Shown: positions 14,101 to 26,405 of the stretch, piece after piece
Layout of the letters: each line of letters begins with the position of its first letter
Numbering within the stretch: the stretch's first letter is position 1
Source of the DNA: Lytechinus pictus
Lineage: Eukaryota
Reading direction: 5' to 3'
NCBI RefSeq assembly: GCF_037042905.1
Contig: NC_087251.1
Span: 26,166,001 to 26,230,000 of the forward strand
DNA: 64,000 nt
Program-made: the position numbers and the translations under genes
Notes under the pieces: generated by a model
The model's database searches: none
What the model was told of the DNA's origin: nothing
The model's input: only the letters and a program-made list of their open reading frames with translations

Positions 14101-15725
14101 ATATTGAATTTTTTTTAAAGTACATTTGATCAGAATCCTTCAAAGTGTCTGTGAATAAAAAATTAGCAGTTTAGAGGCCTTATTTAGTTAATTAGAGCAA
14201 ATCTTTGATTTTACGCATAAATTAGCATAATTAATTAATTATGAGATTTTTCGGAAAATTTGATCCTACAGTCTTGGAGATTATGCCATGGGTAATGCAC
14301 GTGCCAATTTTCGTCGCGATCGCGCGGTCGACGGCCGAGATCATAGGGGGGCTGAATCAGCCCCCCCCAGTCTTCTTAGGCATCAAAATAGCCCAGTCTA
14401 TTTAGGGTTATTATTATTATTTTATTCGGCACTTCATCAAAAACAAAACAGCATGTACAATGCAAAATTGAGAAAAAATACAAAAATACAAATAATTTTT
14501 AGACCCTTTCTCCCCCAACCAGGTAGCCTGGGTAGGGAATAGGTCAACTTAATGGCCATGGCCCACAGGCCTTCCCTCCCACTAAGTTGATGATTGGTGT
14601 AACTTAAGTTCAACTTGTTTACTTTCTATTATCAGCAGTGATGAGGATAGGGAAGAAAACTGCAGTTCCCGAGCTCAAGAGTCAAACAGTAGATGGTATC
14701 TACAGGCTGGTCTGTACATCAAGAACACAGGACTACTCCCTTACAGGTAGGTGTTGGTTAGTCCTACCCCTAACATCACATAGTTAATAAATTCCACCCA
14801 CCTTCCTCAGTGATAAACATGTTCTTATGCTAAGAAAAGCTCCATCTATAGCACTATTTTCCCCTCATGATTGAGATCTCTGATTCATTCAATTGACCCT
14901 GGTTATACAGAATCACCTTACCTAATGCACCTTATCCAGCATTTCTTGTTTCCCTTTTGAAAGATGTTTATTTTTATGACCTTCAGAAATTTGGCTGAAT
15001 ACAATTGTAGTCTGATTTAAATTTCTTCAAAAAAGAGTTTTTATTAATAAAGAAGGTTATTGAACACAACATTAAACAGATATATTGCGCTATGCAAACA
15101 CTGAATCATAATCATCTGGATGGTGTCTACAATCTATAAATTAACACTATTTTCAATATAATTATTATTACACATTCCCATTTATCAAAGAAATGTTATG
15201 AATTAATCTGTACTTCTCTAAAGTACAGATTTATTTGGAATATTTGCTTAAATATCTGGTGGTATGAAAGGATTATAATATTAGTAATGATAAATAGCTT
15301 GTCTGGAATTGCTGCTTATTGTCTATGGTATAATGTAGAGACCTTCCTAAATATGCAGGTAGAGGGTAAATGTAAAAACAATTCATCCAAATTTAATTTC
15401 TTTTAAATGATATTCTTTATTTTGTCACATTGAACCCTTAATAAAATTATTTTGATTTTTCCAAACTGTATCTGTGTTTATCAATATCGCAATTTAACCA
15501 CTTGCCAATTTATTTATTGATCACTGTATGAATACTTACTATAATTTCATTGTGTATGAGCATGTAATTGGATATTTCTCTCAATGTAATTCCATCTTCC
15601 CTACAGTAACTATTGACGGCAACGAGTTATCGCGGGTGAAATTTTTCCAGCTGTCTGCACAGTGGCAGACGCACGTGAAGCTCTTCCCTGTCGCACTGTT
15701 CGGTCACGTGGAAGCGCCCTGCTAG
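4995..15725 (+). CDS. PACS: Phosphofurin acidic cluster sorting protein (PACS1/PACS2 family), C-terminal part; 5' exons lie upstream of the window
   Basis: Exons 4995-5101, 7671-7825, 8485-8595, 9925-10073, 10808-10859, 12567-12693, 13110-13345, 14639-14746 and 15607-15725 are all GT-AG with consistent phases (1164 nt, ending in TAG). Peptides such as [48 protein letters not shown] and [19 protein letters not shown] match the PACS C-terminal region as I recall it. Confidence 0.93.
5995..6123. mobile_element. Small Harbinger-like MITE (relatives near 11815-11934, 24270-24416, 49592-49719, 58319-58497, 58916-59355)
   Basis: TIR GGGCCCGTAACACAAAG...CTTTGTGTTACGGGGCC flanked by CAG. Confidence 0.65.
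6926..7479. mobile_element. Kolobok-like palindromic MITE
   Basis: TTAA-AGG...CCT-TTAA; long imperfect TIRs starting AGGACAAGTCCACCCCAA. Confidence 0.8.
7671..7825 (+). CDS. PACS: PACS exon (CNQNARV...YIVPT)
   Basis: ctttag acceptor, gttggt donor; PACS-like PIKIGVCG...[12 protein letters not shown]. Confidence 0.92.
8485..8595 (+). CDS. PACS: PACS exon ([16 protein letters not shown]...)
   Basis: ttacag acceptor, gtaaga donor, phase 1 to 1. Confidence 0.92.
8641..8944. mobile_element. Harbinger-like MITE, diverged copy of the ~290-bp family
   Basis: GGCCTGTATTCTGAA...TTCAGAATACGGGC, 3-bp TSD ATT. Confidence 0.7.
9925..10073 (+). CDS. PACS: PACS exon (...[10 protein letters not shown]...QKFVPFIS)
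   Basis: gacag acceptor, gtgagt donor. Confidence 0.92.
10121..10410. mobile_element. Harbinger-like MITE (~290-bp family)
   Basis: 3-bp TSD ACT; highly similar to 22181-22474. Confidence 0.78.
10808..10859 (+). CDS. PACS: PACS small exon ([17 protein letters not shown])
   Basis: ttttcag acceptor, gtgaga donor; supplies the phase 0 to 1 change needed between its neighbours. Confidence 0.75.
12262..12528 (-). mobile_element. tRNA-derived SINE
   Basis: Reverse-complement homologue of 52404-52683, with A and B boxes. Confidence 0.8.
12567..12693 (+). CDS. PACS: PACS exon (Ser/Pro-rich, SSSPPS...TPPPSPAV)
   Basis: ttacag acceptor, gtatgt donor; PACS-like TPPxSP motif. Confidence 0.88.
13110..13345 (+). 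CDS. PACS: PACS exon (...LDLQVEYW...SLKTAFRSL...VVTKEKNKK)
   Basis: cctag acceptor followed by tandem CAGs, gtaggt donor; characteristic motifs. Confidence 0.92.
13656..14407 (-). mobile_element. piggyBac-like MITE, inverted copy of 3512-4265
   Basis: TTAA-CCCT...AGGG-TTAT; spurious ORFs 4004..4333(+) and 13485..13916(-) translate to near-identical peptides. Confidence 0.8.
14639..14746 (+). CDS. PACS: PACS exon (...[15 protein letters not shown]...)
   Basis: atcagcag acceptor (alternative start 14636), gtaggt donor. Confidence 0.9.
15607..15725 (+). CDS. PACS: PACS terminal coding exon (VTIDGNEL...[19 protein letters not shown]...APC*)
   Basis: ctacag acceptor; conserved C-terminal motif; TAG at 15723-15725. 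Confidence 0.95.
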
Positions 15726-18700
15726 GTAGATGGCACCAGAAAGACAGCCACAGGATGGCTTGACGGAGACAATCAATGTATGCTGCTTTATAGGTCACAC
15801 GTAAGATGGACCCTGCGCACAATCAGGATAGCTATTTATTGCGATGATTATTGTGATGATCATTTAACCTTTTTGATGATCAATCATCACTCTCATCAGG
15901 ATGTCGGTGACGTTTGTGTATAAAGCTACGCAAGGTCTGAGACAGACAAAATGTTGCTGCTGAATTTTATTTTAAAGACATTATGGTTTCATGCTTTGCC
16001 AATCTCATGTCTCTATAGTTACTGAACACTGTCCCTGAATTCCAGCAGATCACTTTTTATATGATCTTTGAAAGAGTTTACTCTCTGAATATGATCTTTC
16101 CCTCTGAAGAGAGTAGTCATTACCATTTTTATTTTATTTTTTATGTTTTGTTCACAAATCATGACTGACACTCAATTTTAGGACAGGTTGCAGAAAGGGT
16201 GGTTAGCAGTTCAGAATCTCCTCTGAACCTTGTAGCATAGATAGGATATTTCCATCTGATCTTATGCATTAGATGCTGCAATGGGGCAAAGAATATGAAA
16301 GCAACTTGTCCCCAAGAGAAATGGTATGTTTTATGTTAAGCAACCAGTTCTCCATGTTATTTTTAGTTTCTTGTCCTCGTAAGTTGCTGCTGCTGCCACT
16401 CACAACCTTTGCCGGTTTCTGTCCGACACCATCAGTATTATTTTCCATCAATCTATGCTGTCAGTCCCCTCAAATCATGATCTCTTCTGCTCATTTTATC
16501 ATTTTCTTATCATCAAAAAGAAATTGTTTGTTACATTAAACTTTGTTCTTTTATAAGAGGTGCATATTTCAAATGATTTGTTTAAAATTTGGTGCTAAGT
16601 TTGGCTCTGTTGGTCATTGAACTAGTCCATGATGATAAATGATATTCAAAACATTTCCTGGGACATTTTTTTGCACATATTGAAGTACTGAAAAGTTTCT
16701 CTTTATCGATGTCCAGGAATGCTTTAAAGACAGTTACTTCATCGTTTATATGCTCAGTAAATTTGCTCAAGATGCATTTTTCAGTCTGTATTGATCTGGT
16801 CTTTTCCCCGCTAAATCCAAAGTTGATATATGCAGATGAATATAAAGAGGCTGGATGGACATAAGGTTAAAGAGTCATTTGATATATGAAAATTAGGTCT
16901 TATGATGGCTTCCTATAAAGTGTGTATCTGTCTTTTCCCCCATTGTTTTAAGGGGCTGGCAAACATTTTAATAGTCTTTCCAAGTGATTTGTCTGGCCAA
17001 AAGATATTATGAGAGGATCCACTGGTTAAGCATATGAAATGGTCATACAAAAAAAAATGTGATACACACATTCACTTCATTTAAATTTAAAGAAAATAAT
17101 TTGGAAAATAAAAAGGAATGCTTCTGCTTAAGCAGGTTTTCACCCTTAATCATTTTTTTTTCAATTCTTTTTCTTTTTTTTAATTTGTAAATAATTGATT
17201 GCCCCTTTCAAGCCAGTTGTATATGATTTGTTACATGCCCTCATCCCCCCACCAGAAAACAAACAAACGGGAAGACAATGAAAATTTTTTAATTTCTATT
17301 TTCATTACCTTAATATCGCCATCAGTAATGGTTAATTATCAGGTAAATTTGAATTTGTTTCGAATCAGAGATGGTCCATAGAGGAATTGTGCCTACCTCT
17401 TTACTGCATGTTTTTCTTTTCTCATTGTGATATTTTGAGGACACATTCAATGTTCTAAAAAATAACTTAAATATTTTGCAAAAATGTAAAAATGACAATC
17501 AAATAATGATCACAAAAATTTGTGACATAAATCATTAATTCACTGAGGAACTTTTCTAAATTTGAATTGAATCAATCTCTTTGTCTAATTGAAATTAAGA
17601 TTTTAGCAACAAATTAAAGTTGTCAAAATTCTGTTTCATACAAATTCCTACCTTGGATGTCTTGTTCCTTTTCATCGTCATTTCAATCTCCTCATCCTTT
17701 TTGTGAAATCCATCATCTGGTATGAAGCTTTATCACTTCGAGGAGCATTGATCTCCGTGACTGCCAACGGCATACATTTGTGCAATATATAATGATGAAG
17801 ATGAACTTGACTAATGCCAAGCATTGAAGAAATAATATGTCCAATTTTGATCCCATTTCTAATTTGTTGATTTTGTATATTTCAGAGTCCACATGTTTTG
17901 TTTTCCTAAAAAGCCATAAGTTTATGCTTCATTCTAAACAGTAATGATTGATAGTAATGTACCATGTGTAATATCAGTTTACATTATGAATGGGATGTGT
18001 AAGTAAATTATATGAGATTGCAGTAAATATAATTTATCTCCATGCCAAATCAGAAAATGGCTTTAAAGTTTATTGTTGATGTACACAGTAATAAAAACAG
18101 TAGTAATATACATTCATTGATATATAATTGTCTCTAATTATGTCTTAGTTTCATTACCATGATTTTATTTTGTAATAATTATTTTGTAAAATGGGCTGCA
18201 AATTTGAATGCCAAAAGAAGAATGTGAAATATTAATTTTATTTCATTATTCTTTAATTTCTTGAAATAATTTAGTGTTCCTCCAACCCACCCCCCTTTGC
18301 CAAACACATAATGTAACCTTGGTAAAGGTGATTAGTAACATTGTTCAGGATTCAAAATGAGATTCATTCATTCAACAGTGATTCCAATCATAATTGCAAT
18401 CCTTAAGGTCAGACAGGACTGACCAGAGCTTTATAAGCTGAGTGGTCAGTTTTTCATCAAGCTATCCATGATGTTATGATGAGGGTTTAGGGTACTCTAC
18501 GATCATTAAACTTCCCCTGTGTTGGTTTAAAATAACAATATGTTAAACTTTTGATTACAACACGCAAAGAAATCTCAAAGAGTTACCTCAAATTTTTGGC
18601 TACAGACTGCATCCTTCCTCAGTGATGTGACCCGATTTGACCTTTAATAGTGACATAGTGATTGATGATCAGGTCGTAAACATACAGAAAATTATCCATC

Positions 18701-21700
18701 CTTGTTGAGGGAATATTTTGAGGTAATTCTTTGATGTTTCTTTGTGTGTTGTAATCAAAAGTTTAACATTTTGCTAAAAGTACTCTATGTTGTTACACAA
18801 TTCTTCTGGCAGGCATGCCTAACTACATACTATGCTCTGATGATATAAAGGATGAAATACCAAACTTTTGAAATCTTTTCAGTTTGCCATGAAACATTGA
18901 TCACAATTTATCAGATCAATATGTGTGTATCCATTGCCACCACTACAGAGTAACACATACATTCTTCATATTCCTTTAAAATTTCTCAGCACATACATTC
19001 ACGTAACTATTTTTCCAGGTGAAAAGGTGTTCATAAACTAGTATTTCTTTGTTCAATATGTTTAGTAGACAGCGATAGTATTCATATAGACATAGCAGAC
19101 ATTGTCCATGCTGTTTTGCAGTGATTTCTATCTTGACCCCATTTCTGGAAATGCGGGCTTCATGAGGCTGATGCAAGAAGTATGACAATCATCTCACTAG
19201 CCCCACTATACAAAATTAGCTATTGATCGTACGCTTGATTCATATGATAGTTCGAACATAGTGATTAATGGAAACAATCATAAAAAATCTGTCATTACGA
19301 CCAGTTGCTAAGCTTTGAGTAATGGGGGTCATGATTTTTATTTTAGTTTTCGTAGGATTTGACAAGAATGAACAGTAGAGCATTGTGTGCTTTAATGATT
19401 TTGTGTTATCAACTGTGCCAGTTTGTAGTGTGTTCATATATGACATACCTATAACGTTGCAATGGGTGCCATCATTTTTCAGAAGACTAGGTATCAATGG
19501 CAAATGTTTTAAATGTATGAATGGTTGCCCTTGGCCAATCAAATGGCTCCTGTTCAGTACCTATAAAACTTTTTCTGTTTATCACAAGGTTTATGCAACA
19601 GGGCCCCTAGTTTGGTTTATGTATGGGTACAGTTCACACGAAGACTGAACGGTCCCCAAAGTGGTGTGCTCCATTGATATTGTGTGATGTGTGAACACAC
19701 TCTAAATGATTTGGCCACAAAAAGTGGCTCAAAATCTCAATAAAATGACAGTAAACAGAAATGCCTTGTGATTTATTACCCTTTTAATGGCATGTAAGAG
19801 AAATTCTATATTTAAAAGAAAAAAGCAGAGACAAGAATGAAATTCATTGGTGCTATGATTTCTGTAATGCTTGTTGATATTATGTAACAGATGTTGTGTC
19901 CCATACATCTCATTTATAATTCATAAAGGCATGCATCTATACTGTTATCTAGTTCAACTTCACAACTCATGAAAAGCGGTCTCTTATATTTCTGTTCAGT
20001 TTGGTCTGTAATGATATCTTCGTAGATGATTTAGCTCTTCCTACTTAAAATAATGAATGGAGTGTCTGTTGCACCGTTCTATATTGTGTTGAACTGATTT
20101 AAATTGTGTCTATTATTTTTAATGCTATGCAATTTGATTTGTACCCATTTTTAATGCATACAATGCTAATATTTATTCATTTCTTGGGTAATGTTTACAT
20201 GCTCTTTTTTAATTACAATGTAAATGTTTGTGAGAGATACACCAGTGCGTATATTCAGCCAATTTGCTTTATGATGCACTGGATCGTATGGTCATTATCT
20301 TTAAGGCAAATGATAGAAATGTGTGTAAATAATCAATTCTGCTGAAGAGTCTAATCTGTGTATGTATATTCTATTGTCTTTACATTTTGATCAAAAGCAT
20401 TTTAGAATATGATGTTGTGCTTGTAAGATTGAATAGAGTATTTGCCATATATTATCAATGCAGCGTGTTTATTGGAGTTGTCACTGTATATATTCTGTGC
20501 ATCATGCAAGTCTAAGTGATAGTATATATAATGATCAAAGTGTAAATAGCAAACATATATATTTTTTTCGTTATTGTTATTTATCATCATTTTGATAACT
20601 ATGTTGAAAGTGGCTGATGTTTTGTATTTTTGCCATCCACAATTTTTTTTGTCCTCCTTTAATAATATTTTCAAATTTGTATTGATCGGTTTAATATTAA
20701 TTCCAATTTGCAAGATTTAGCTAAGCTGGAGAATGACTTCCAATGGGAAAACATAAAGATGAGTTCTTATCTATAGGTTTATGGCAATAGAATGGAGTTG
20801 GTAGTTGTTGAATTGGTTCTGAGAATTTTTATCATGGAATGGTAGTGCATACATTGTATCAGAGCTTGTGGAATTTTCTATTCTTTTACAAGAAAATTCA
20901 TGTGTATATTACAAGAAAACGGAATCTGAGAAGCAATCTAGGGCCCTGTTACAGCAAGGGGAAAAGGTGTAGATTCCTAAAGCAGCAATAGCAATAAATG
21001 AAAACAGTTCCGATGATAGCAAGAGGCAAATATATGATTCCCTATCGCAGTGCAAAAAAAAGTAGTAGTAGTAGTAGTATAAAATGCCATTGACAGTAAT
21101 GGATGATTGCATGATGACCCAATATAGCAATGGAGGCAAATATTTTTCGAATTATACTAGAAGTGATAATTGTTCCACCGAAGCATACAAGAAACTGAAA
21201 TCCTCCCGTCTCAATTCATACAGGGGTGTAAGGTGTTCATAGTAATATTGGACGAATATGCATTTAATAAGACCATCACAGTAGAAACAATCACATATGT
21301 ACTCTTTTCATTCATAAGTACTGACATTGGGACTTATGTATATGCAATCCCCCTAAAGGCAATCATAGCATGCATAAGGCTCCCATAGTAGATCAGTAAG
21401 CATACAATCTCCATGAAAGCAGTTTACAAATCTCTCCATAGTAACAATGTAACTATTATTTCAGTAAATGAAAAATCCCCACACAAGTTATGGTAGCAGG
21501 CAAAAGAGCCACAGTAGCATTGTAACCAGGTAAAAGTAACCCGCATCCCTTACACGATTTAAAGTCGTAGCAAGCATAAGAGAATCCATATTAAAGTAGA
21601 CCAAAATCCTTATACAGGCAATGGTAGTAGGTATAAGATCCCCAATACCAATGGAACCAAAAAAGGTAAACATAATTTCCCCCAGACAAACAATGGTAGT

Positions 21701-22180
21701 CAGCATAAGGCACTCATTAGTAGCAATGTACCATTATAGAGGCAGTGGTTTTCACTTATAAAGGAATTGCACACCACAAGCTCGATATAGGTATGCACGG
21801 GTTAGCAGTAAGCTCTCCTTGTCGAAAGTGACCAAGAGATTTTTTTGTCTTCCCACATTGTTCTATAGCTTGCCATGTATATATATCTGATGGATGTCAT
21901 TCTTTCTCTTTGTGTTTCAATTTTCGAGAGGACCAACTCAGATCGTAAATCACTGTGGAATTTGATATCCAAATGATTTGCAACCCATCAAGACAAAAAA
22001 CATGACAAATTTCAATCTTTGGTTTTTGTTTAGTTGTAGAGCTATTGGCAAACTATTCTAAATGGACGCCTTTCTTCTCCCTAGGTTGTTCATATGGCTA
22101 TGCTTTACAGATACTGTTTGAATTACATTACATATGAAAAGTCTGTAAAGAAGAGATATCACAAATTTGTCTTATACAAT

Positions 22181-22474
22181 GGCCCATATTCTGATAGCAG
22201 TTTTAACTTAAACTCAGGTTTAAAGTTGTGGTTTAAGTATGGATAGCCAATTGTTACATAAATCACTAACAGTAGAGATATCATACTTCAGCTCACTTGG
22301 CTCTCAAATCATTCATGATTGTCTAGGAAGTATAAATAGATGATTGTCTTCACCATCGATGAATCGGGAAAGAGCACAGTAAACACAAGAAACATGCAAC
22401 TTAATAAAAATTTTGATACTTTTGGCTTCCCATACTTAAACTACAACTTTAAACCTGACTTCGGAATATGGACC
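22181..22474. mobile_element. Harbinger-like MITE (~290-bp family)
   Basis: GGCCCATATTC...GAATATGGACC, 3-bp TSD AAT. Confidence 0.78.
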
Positions 22475-25400
22475 AATGAGTTTTCATTTATGTGAAATGA
22501 ACTGTGTCAAAGTTTATTAAAAACACATGCAAAACAACTCAAATATCTAGATACTCTGCTCTGTGTACATCATCAGAAAATTATTTCATGTCATGCCATG
22601 TCGTTTTCAATCTTGATTGATTTCAAATATGAAAATCTTGCTGTATCCATGTATTTTTTGTATCATGTATTCTACCGTGTGTCTAAATTTCTATACGGAA
22701 GTGGTAATGTTATTTTGAAATTGAATTTATTGTATTAAGCTCTTTTTTCTTGATACTGAACAATACTTGGAGCTTGTTTGTGAATGTATCTAAGGATATT
22801 TTTTTTTCTGTGCTTTTATGCTTGAGGAAGGGGAACTGATTTATGAAATGACGATGCTGGCCATCAAATTTATACCATATTTGTGTTCCCCACCTACATT
22901 ATTTGAAGGCTCCAAAAAGCATAGCCCCATTATGCAAAACTCGCAAGCTATTTCCCATGTCATTCTTAATCCAGGAAGAGGTTGTTTTATTACAATCAAC
23001 TGGTCTAGAGTTCATCAGTATGTAGAAAATTTATTGAAAGGAAGCACATGCCTACATTCCCACCAGTCAAGTTTTCAGATTATCTTGCAATTAACCAGCT
23101 ATTTCTGATTTTAGTATGTGATCCCCCATTGTATAGCTTCTTTACCCATTATATCATCATCATACTGCCACATGCCTTTAATGGGAAGAAAATATATGTT
23201 TCTCACGAGGAAAGTTCTGTTTATTTATTCACATTCTGGAAAAAACTCATAGGATTTAATGGGTATGACAGTAAGAGCCAATCAAAAATGCCCCTTTGTA
23301 AGCTTGAAAATTTTCTTCTTCTTTCTGGAGACTTTGAGTACATATAAAGTATCTGTAAAAGAACTTAGTGTCCTTTTGTAAAAATAACTCAATGATTGTT
23401 TTATTTCTACATATATCCTTTATCATCCCTGCCTCCTTTATCATCCCAGGCCAGAGATCCATTCCATGAAGACTTGTAATGATAACAAATGCATAGTTTC
23501 TATAACAAGTTTATGATCAGCCAATCAATCTGAATGATTTTCATAGCTTTAAACTGTTATTGTAATAAGTTTTATGAAACAGGACCCAGGTTTAGAGGGA
23601 AAAAAAATTCCATGATCTCAAAAATGAAATAAAATATGGAGAATCTACATGTATAGTCCATTACCTGTACCAATCATTTCATTTAAAAGTCTTATTTAAT
23701 GATGGATATGGCATGGGAAATGGCTTGTGTATATTTTTCTTTTTCTTTTTTTGAAGTCAGTTGGTTTACTGATTTAATCTCATTTCTTTCTATTAAGTTT
23801 GTCATAATATTCCAATTATTATTTAACAGTAATTGATAACCTTTCCTTGTTCTCTTATGATAATCTTTCAAGTAGATTTATGAATTAATGTGAGGATTTA
23901 ATGGATTTTATCACAATTTGAACTGTTTCATTGCAATGTTGTTAAACTTTTACAGATTGCCAGTGTTATGGTGCTAGATCAAACTTATTGGGATGGGTTT
24001 TTTTTTTAATGAACATTACCCATACTTGCCCCTGTCTTACAAATAATTACAATTGATCCAATCATTCTCAACCACATAAAACCTTTGATATCATGATAAT
24101 TAATGAAAGAGGCATTAGCACTTAAAGTTTGTATGTGTAAGTGAGTGCACCGATTGGTCTAACCAATGACACATGCACTAGCAATTTTCATTTTAGAGAA
24201 CATATTAAATGGATGCATGCCTTCTAGATAATGATGTGGTTGGCTTTCCATAGTTGAGATTGATTGGAGCAGGGCCCTGTAACACAGAGATTGGCACTTT
24301 ATCATAATATGGATAAAATGTATGATTGATTACACATAGTGATCAATGTAATCAATTGTAATTAACAGTAAAGATCAAACCTACAATCAATCCCTAAGCT
24401 TTGCGCTTCACGACCCAAGTCTTTTAAGATAAGAACAGTAGATCAGTTATTACCTCTATTTGTCATAAATGAAATATTTGATTATGTTAGTATTTCATTT
24501 TTGATAAAATTGAATGTAATTGCAGCCAAAAGGGATTAGAAAATGATTTTTCTCCTAACATACTTGAGAAATGACAGCTCTTTGTGCATCATGTGGTGCC
24601 GGTTGCCAACTTTTGTATGTTTGGGGTTAATGGGAAGTCCACCCTAGATTTCAAGAGACCATTTCATTGCCTTGCAGTATGAAAACACACCCAATCTTGC
24701 AATTGTTATCAAGCTCAGATTTGTGGCAAACTATGTACTATTAAATTATTTCAATAAGAAGACAATTTGATTGCTTCTCTTTATATTATTGGGCACAGAT
24801 CAGTAAGGATAGAATAAAAATCCAATCAAAATGTGAAGTGTTATGCTGTTATCAGTCAAACAAATATCACATTCCCTTTCCTTAGTAGTATAAAACAAAA
24901 TATATGATTCGAGAAAGAATTTCATCTGATTTCTATCAATAATATTGAATTCAATCACCGATATATTTTCAAAATAAATTGAATATTTAGGATATTTGTC
25001 TTATTTTTCATAATATAGTATGGACTTCCCTTTGTCATCTAGCAGAGGACTACTGTTTTAAAATGTATGAAAAGACACCTTTAATATATCAGAATCAATA
25101 TTGAATTTCCAACAGTATGTTTCATAGATTATCTCCCATTGTCTGACTCTTGTGGCAGTTTGAAATATGAACTTTCTACACAGACAGTAAATCTTAGTAA
25201 ACAATAATATTCAGGGTAAATTATATTGTAAGTTGTTCTAAGATAGGAGTCACTTTATCTTATGGAGTATGAAAATATGTTATTGTAAATCTTGAGGCTG
25301 ATAGTATGTGATATTAAATGGCCAAAAGTTTGTTTTTAAGAGGCATATCATATGTTATCCAGCGAATAACATACAGTGCATATGGTTTGATTTATTCATC

Positions 25401-25609
25401 AAAATTGCATTTATAACAAAGTGAAAAAATAAATAAATAAATATGGAATTGCAACCTGCTTCTGTGCCCGACTCCTGTGTTGCTTGCTTTATCATTTTTA
25501 TTTCAGAGTATGTTAACAAATCGTTTTTTGTTTTTTTGTTTTTTTAAATACTTGAATGCTAGATGAGTTTCTTAATCAGACAAATGGCAGATCCTTTTAT
25601 TTGATTTCA

Positions 25610-26140
25610 AAAAGAGAGAGGGGGATAAAGGAAGAAGAGAAAGAGAGTGGGGAGGAAGGGAGAGAGAGTGTGTGTGTGTGTGATAGAGGGGCAGAGTAAT
25701 AAAGCAGGGGAGATGAAAATAAATTGGTTTAGAAATCTTCTTCTCCTTGACAAAGAAAATATTTCAGAATCCAAATAAAACATTTATTTTTCTTTCTTCT
25801 TCTTCAGCTCATTTTCCTCCTTGAAAAAAAATCAAAATCCATATTAAACATTTATTTTCCTTTCGTCTTTTCCTTCTTCTCCTCATCCTTGAAAAAAAAT
25901 AATTTCAAAATCCAAATATTACATCTTCTTCCCCTCCTTCCTTCTCCTCCTTCCCCTACTCCTCTAGAAAAAAAATCCAAATTAAACATTTATTTTCCTT
26001 TCTTTTTCTCTTCTACTTTTGACTTCTTCTTCTACTCTCCTACTTTAATTTCTTCTACATCTACTTGACCTTTTTATTCTCTTACTTTAACAACTTCTTC
26101 TTTCTCTTCCTTCTCCTCCTTCTTCTCGATCCTCTTGTCT
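25610..26140. repeat. GA/GT then CT-rich low-complexity region upstream of MTBP exon 1
   Basis: (GA)n, (GT)n, then repeated TTC/CTT blocks with AAATCCAAAT...AAACATTTATTTT units. Confidence 0.7.
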
Positions 26141-26332
26141 CATCGGGCTTCCCCGGCCCCCGGGGCTTCTCCTAAGACCTTCCCCTCATCAGTAACCGTG
26201 TTTTGCGAATTGTCGAGATGATGAGGAGAGATATATATATAGCTTAATAGAATTAGAGAATAGAGAGGCGGCGGACTGAGACCAAAATTGTCTGCGTTGT
26301 CTTCAAAAGATAGAAAAACTTTCATTTCTTCG

Positions 26333-26405
26333 ATGGATTCCTACTACAAATTTAGCTTGCAGATCCCAAGATACATTATCGCTTTAAGCTCTGAATGGTT
26401 AGCAG
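26333..26405 (+). CDS. MTBP: MTBP putative first coding exon (MDSYYKFSLQIPRYIIALSSEWLA)
   Basis: ATG at 26333 and strong CAG|gtaagt donor; phase 1 matches the 38424 acceptor; RYIIAL resembles the MTBP N-terminal RYLLLV. Confidence 0.7.

Noticed and set aside
14410..15480. Possible minus-strand LINE 3' remnants in PACS introns
   Set aside because: Only a tail-like (ATT)n and decayed sequence; family and boundaries cannot be supported without a search.
25500..26330. Head-to-head MRPL13 partner upstream of MTBP, as in vertebrates
   Set aside because: I found no MRPL13-like exons on the minus strand; the upstream neighbour is PACS in tandem orientation.
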